Assembly: GCA_951406725.2 (NCBI GenBank)
Contig: OX597824.1
Span: forward strand, 64,480,001-64,544,000
Source of the DNA: Octopus vulgaris
Lineage: Eukaryota
DNA length: 64,000 bases
Direction: 5' to 3'
The number at the start of each line of letters is the position of its first letter. Position 1 is the stretch's first letter. Made by a program: the position numbers and the translations under genes. The notes beneath the pieces are model-generated. The model did not search any database. It was not told the DNA's origin and saw only the letters and a list, made by a program, of their open reading frames with translations. Shown in pieces: positions 63,690 through 64,000 of the stretch.

Positions 63690-64000
63690 GTAAGTAATAT
63701 CGTCATCAGTATCATTATTTAACATCCATTTTTCCATGCTTGCTTGGATCAGGCAGAATTTCTAAGGCTGGATGCCCTTCTTGTTGCCAACCCTCACCTC
63801 TTTCCACCTGGTGACTAGACAAGTATTCATCAAAAATTAGAAACAAACAACCCTGCTTCTATGACAGTGATACTTGTTTACAACTATCACATGATGTCAA
63901 GTCAAGGAGACACACACAATATACAATAGGCTTCATATAGTTTCCATCTAATTAATTCATTCACAAACTATTGGTTGATCCAGAGCTGTAGTAGCAGCCT

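Overview
AT-rich, repeat-dense animal genomic DNA. The SINE, MITE and microsatellite landscape resembles coleoid cephalopod (Octopus) DNA; this is inferred, not searched. Two intron-rich genes lie head-to-head. COG2 is on the minus strand: 17 GT-AG coding exons from ATG 38982 down to 866 join in frame to 704 codons, and the terminal exon was not found. A SPATA7-like gene is on the plus strand: 6 coding exons were recognised from 48130 to 63689, with both ends incomplete. The introns hold a full-length but inactivated hAT transposon with an 8-bp TSD, Tc1, mariner and DD37D relics, hAT/piggyBac/pogo-type MITEs, RTE/Tx1/Penelope fragments and many SINEs. The most notable non-genic signal is a ~530-bp non-coding unit next to a Penelope GIY-YIG fragment. 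It carries a near-canonical minimal type I hammerhead ribozyme motif, shows a circular-permutation junction and ends in a perfect 70-bp palindrome. Other hammerhead-like motifs occur elsewhere in the window. All homology calls come from recalled family motifs, not database searches.
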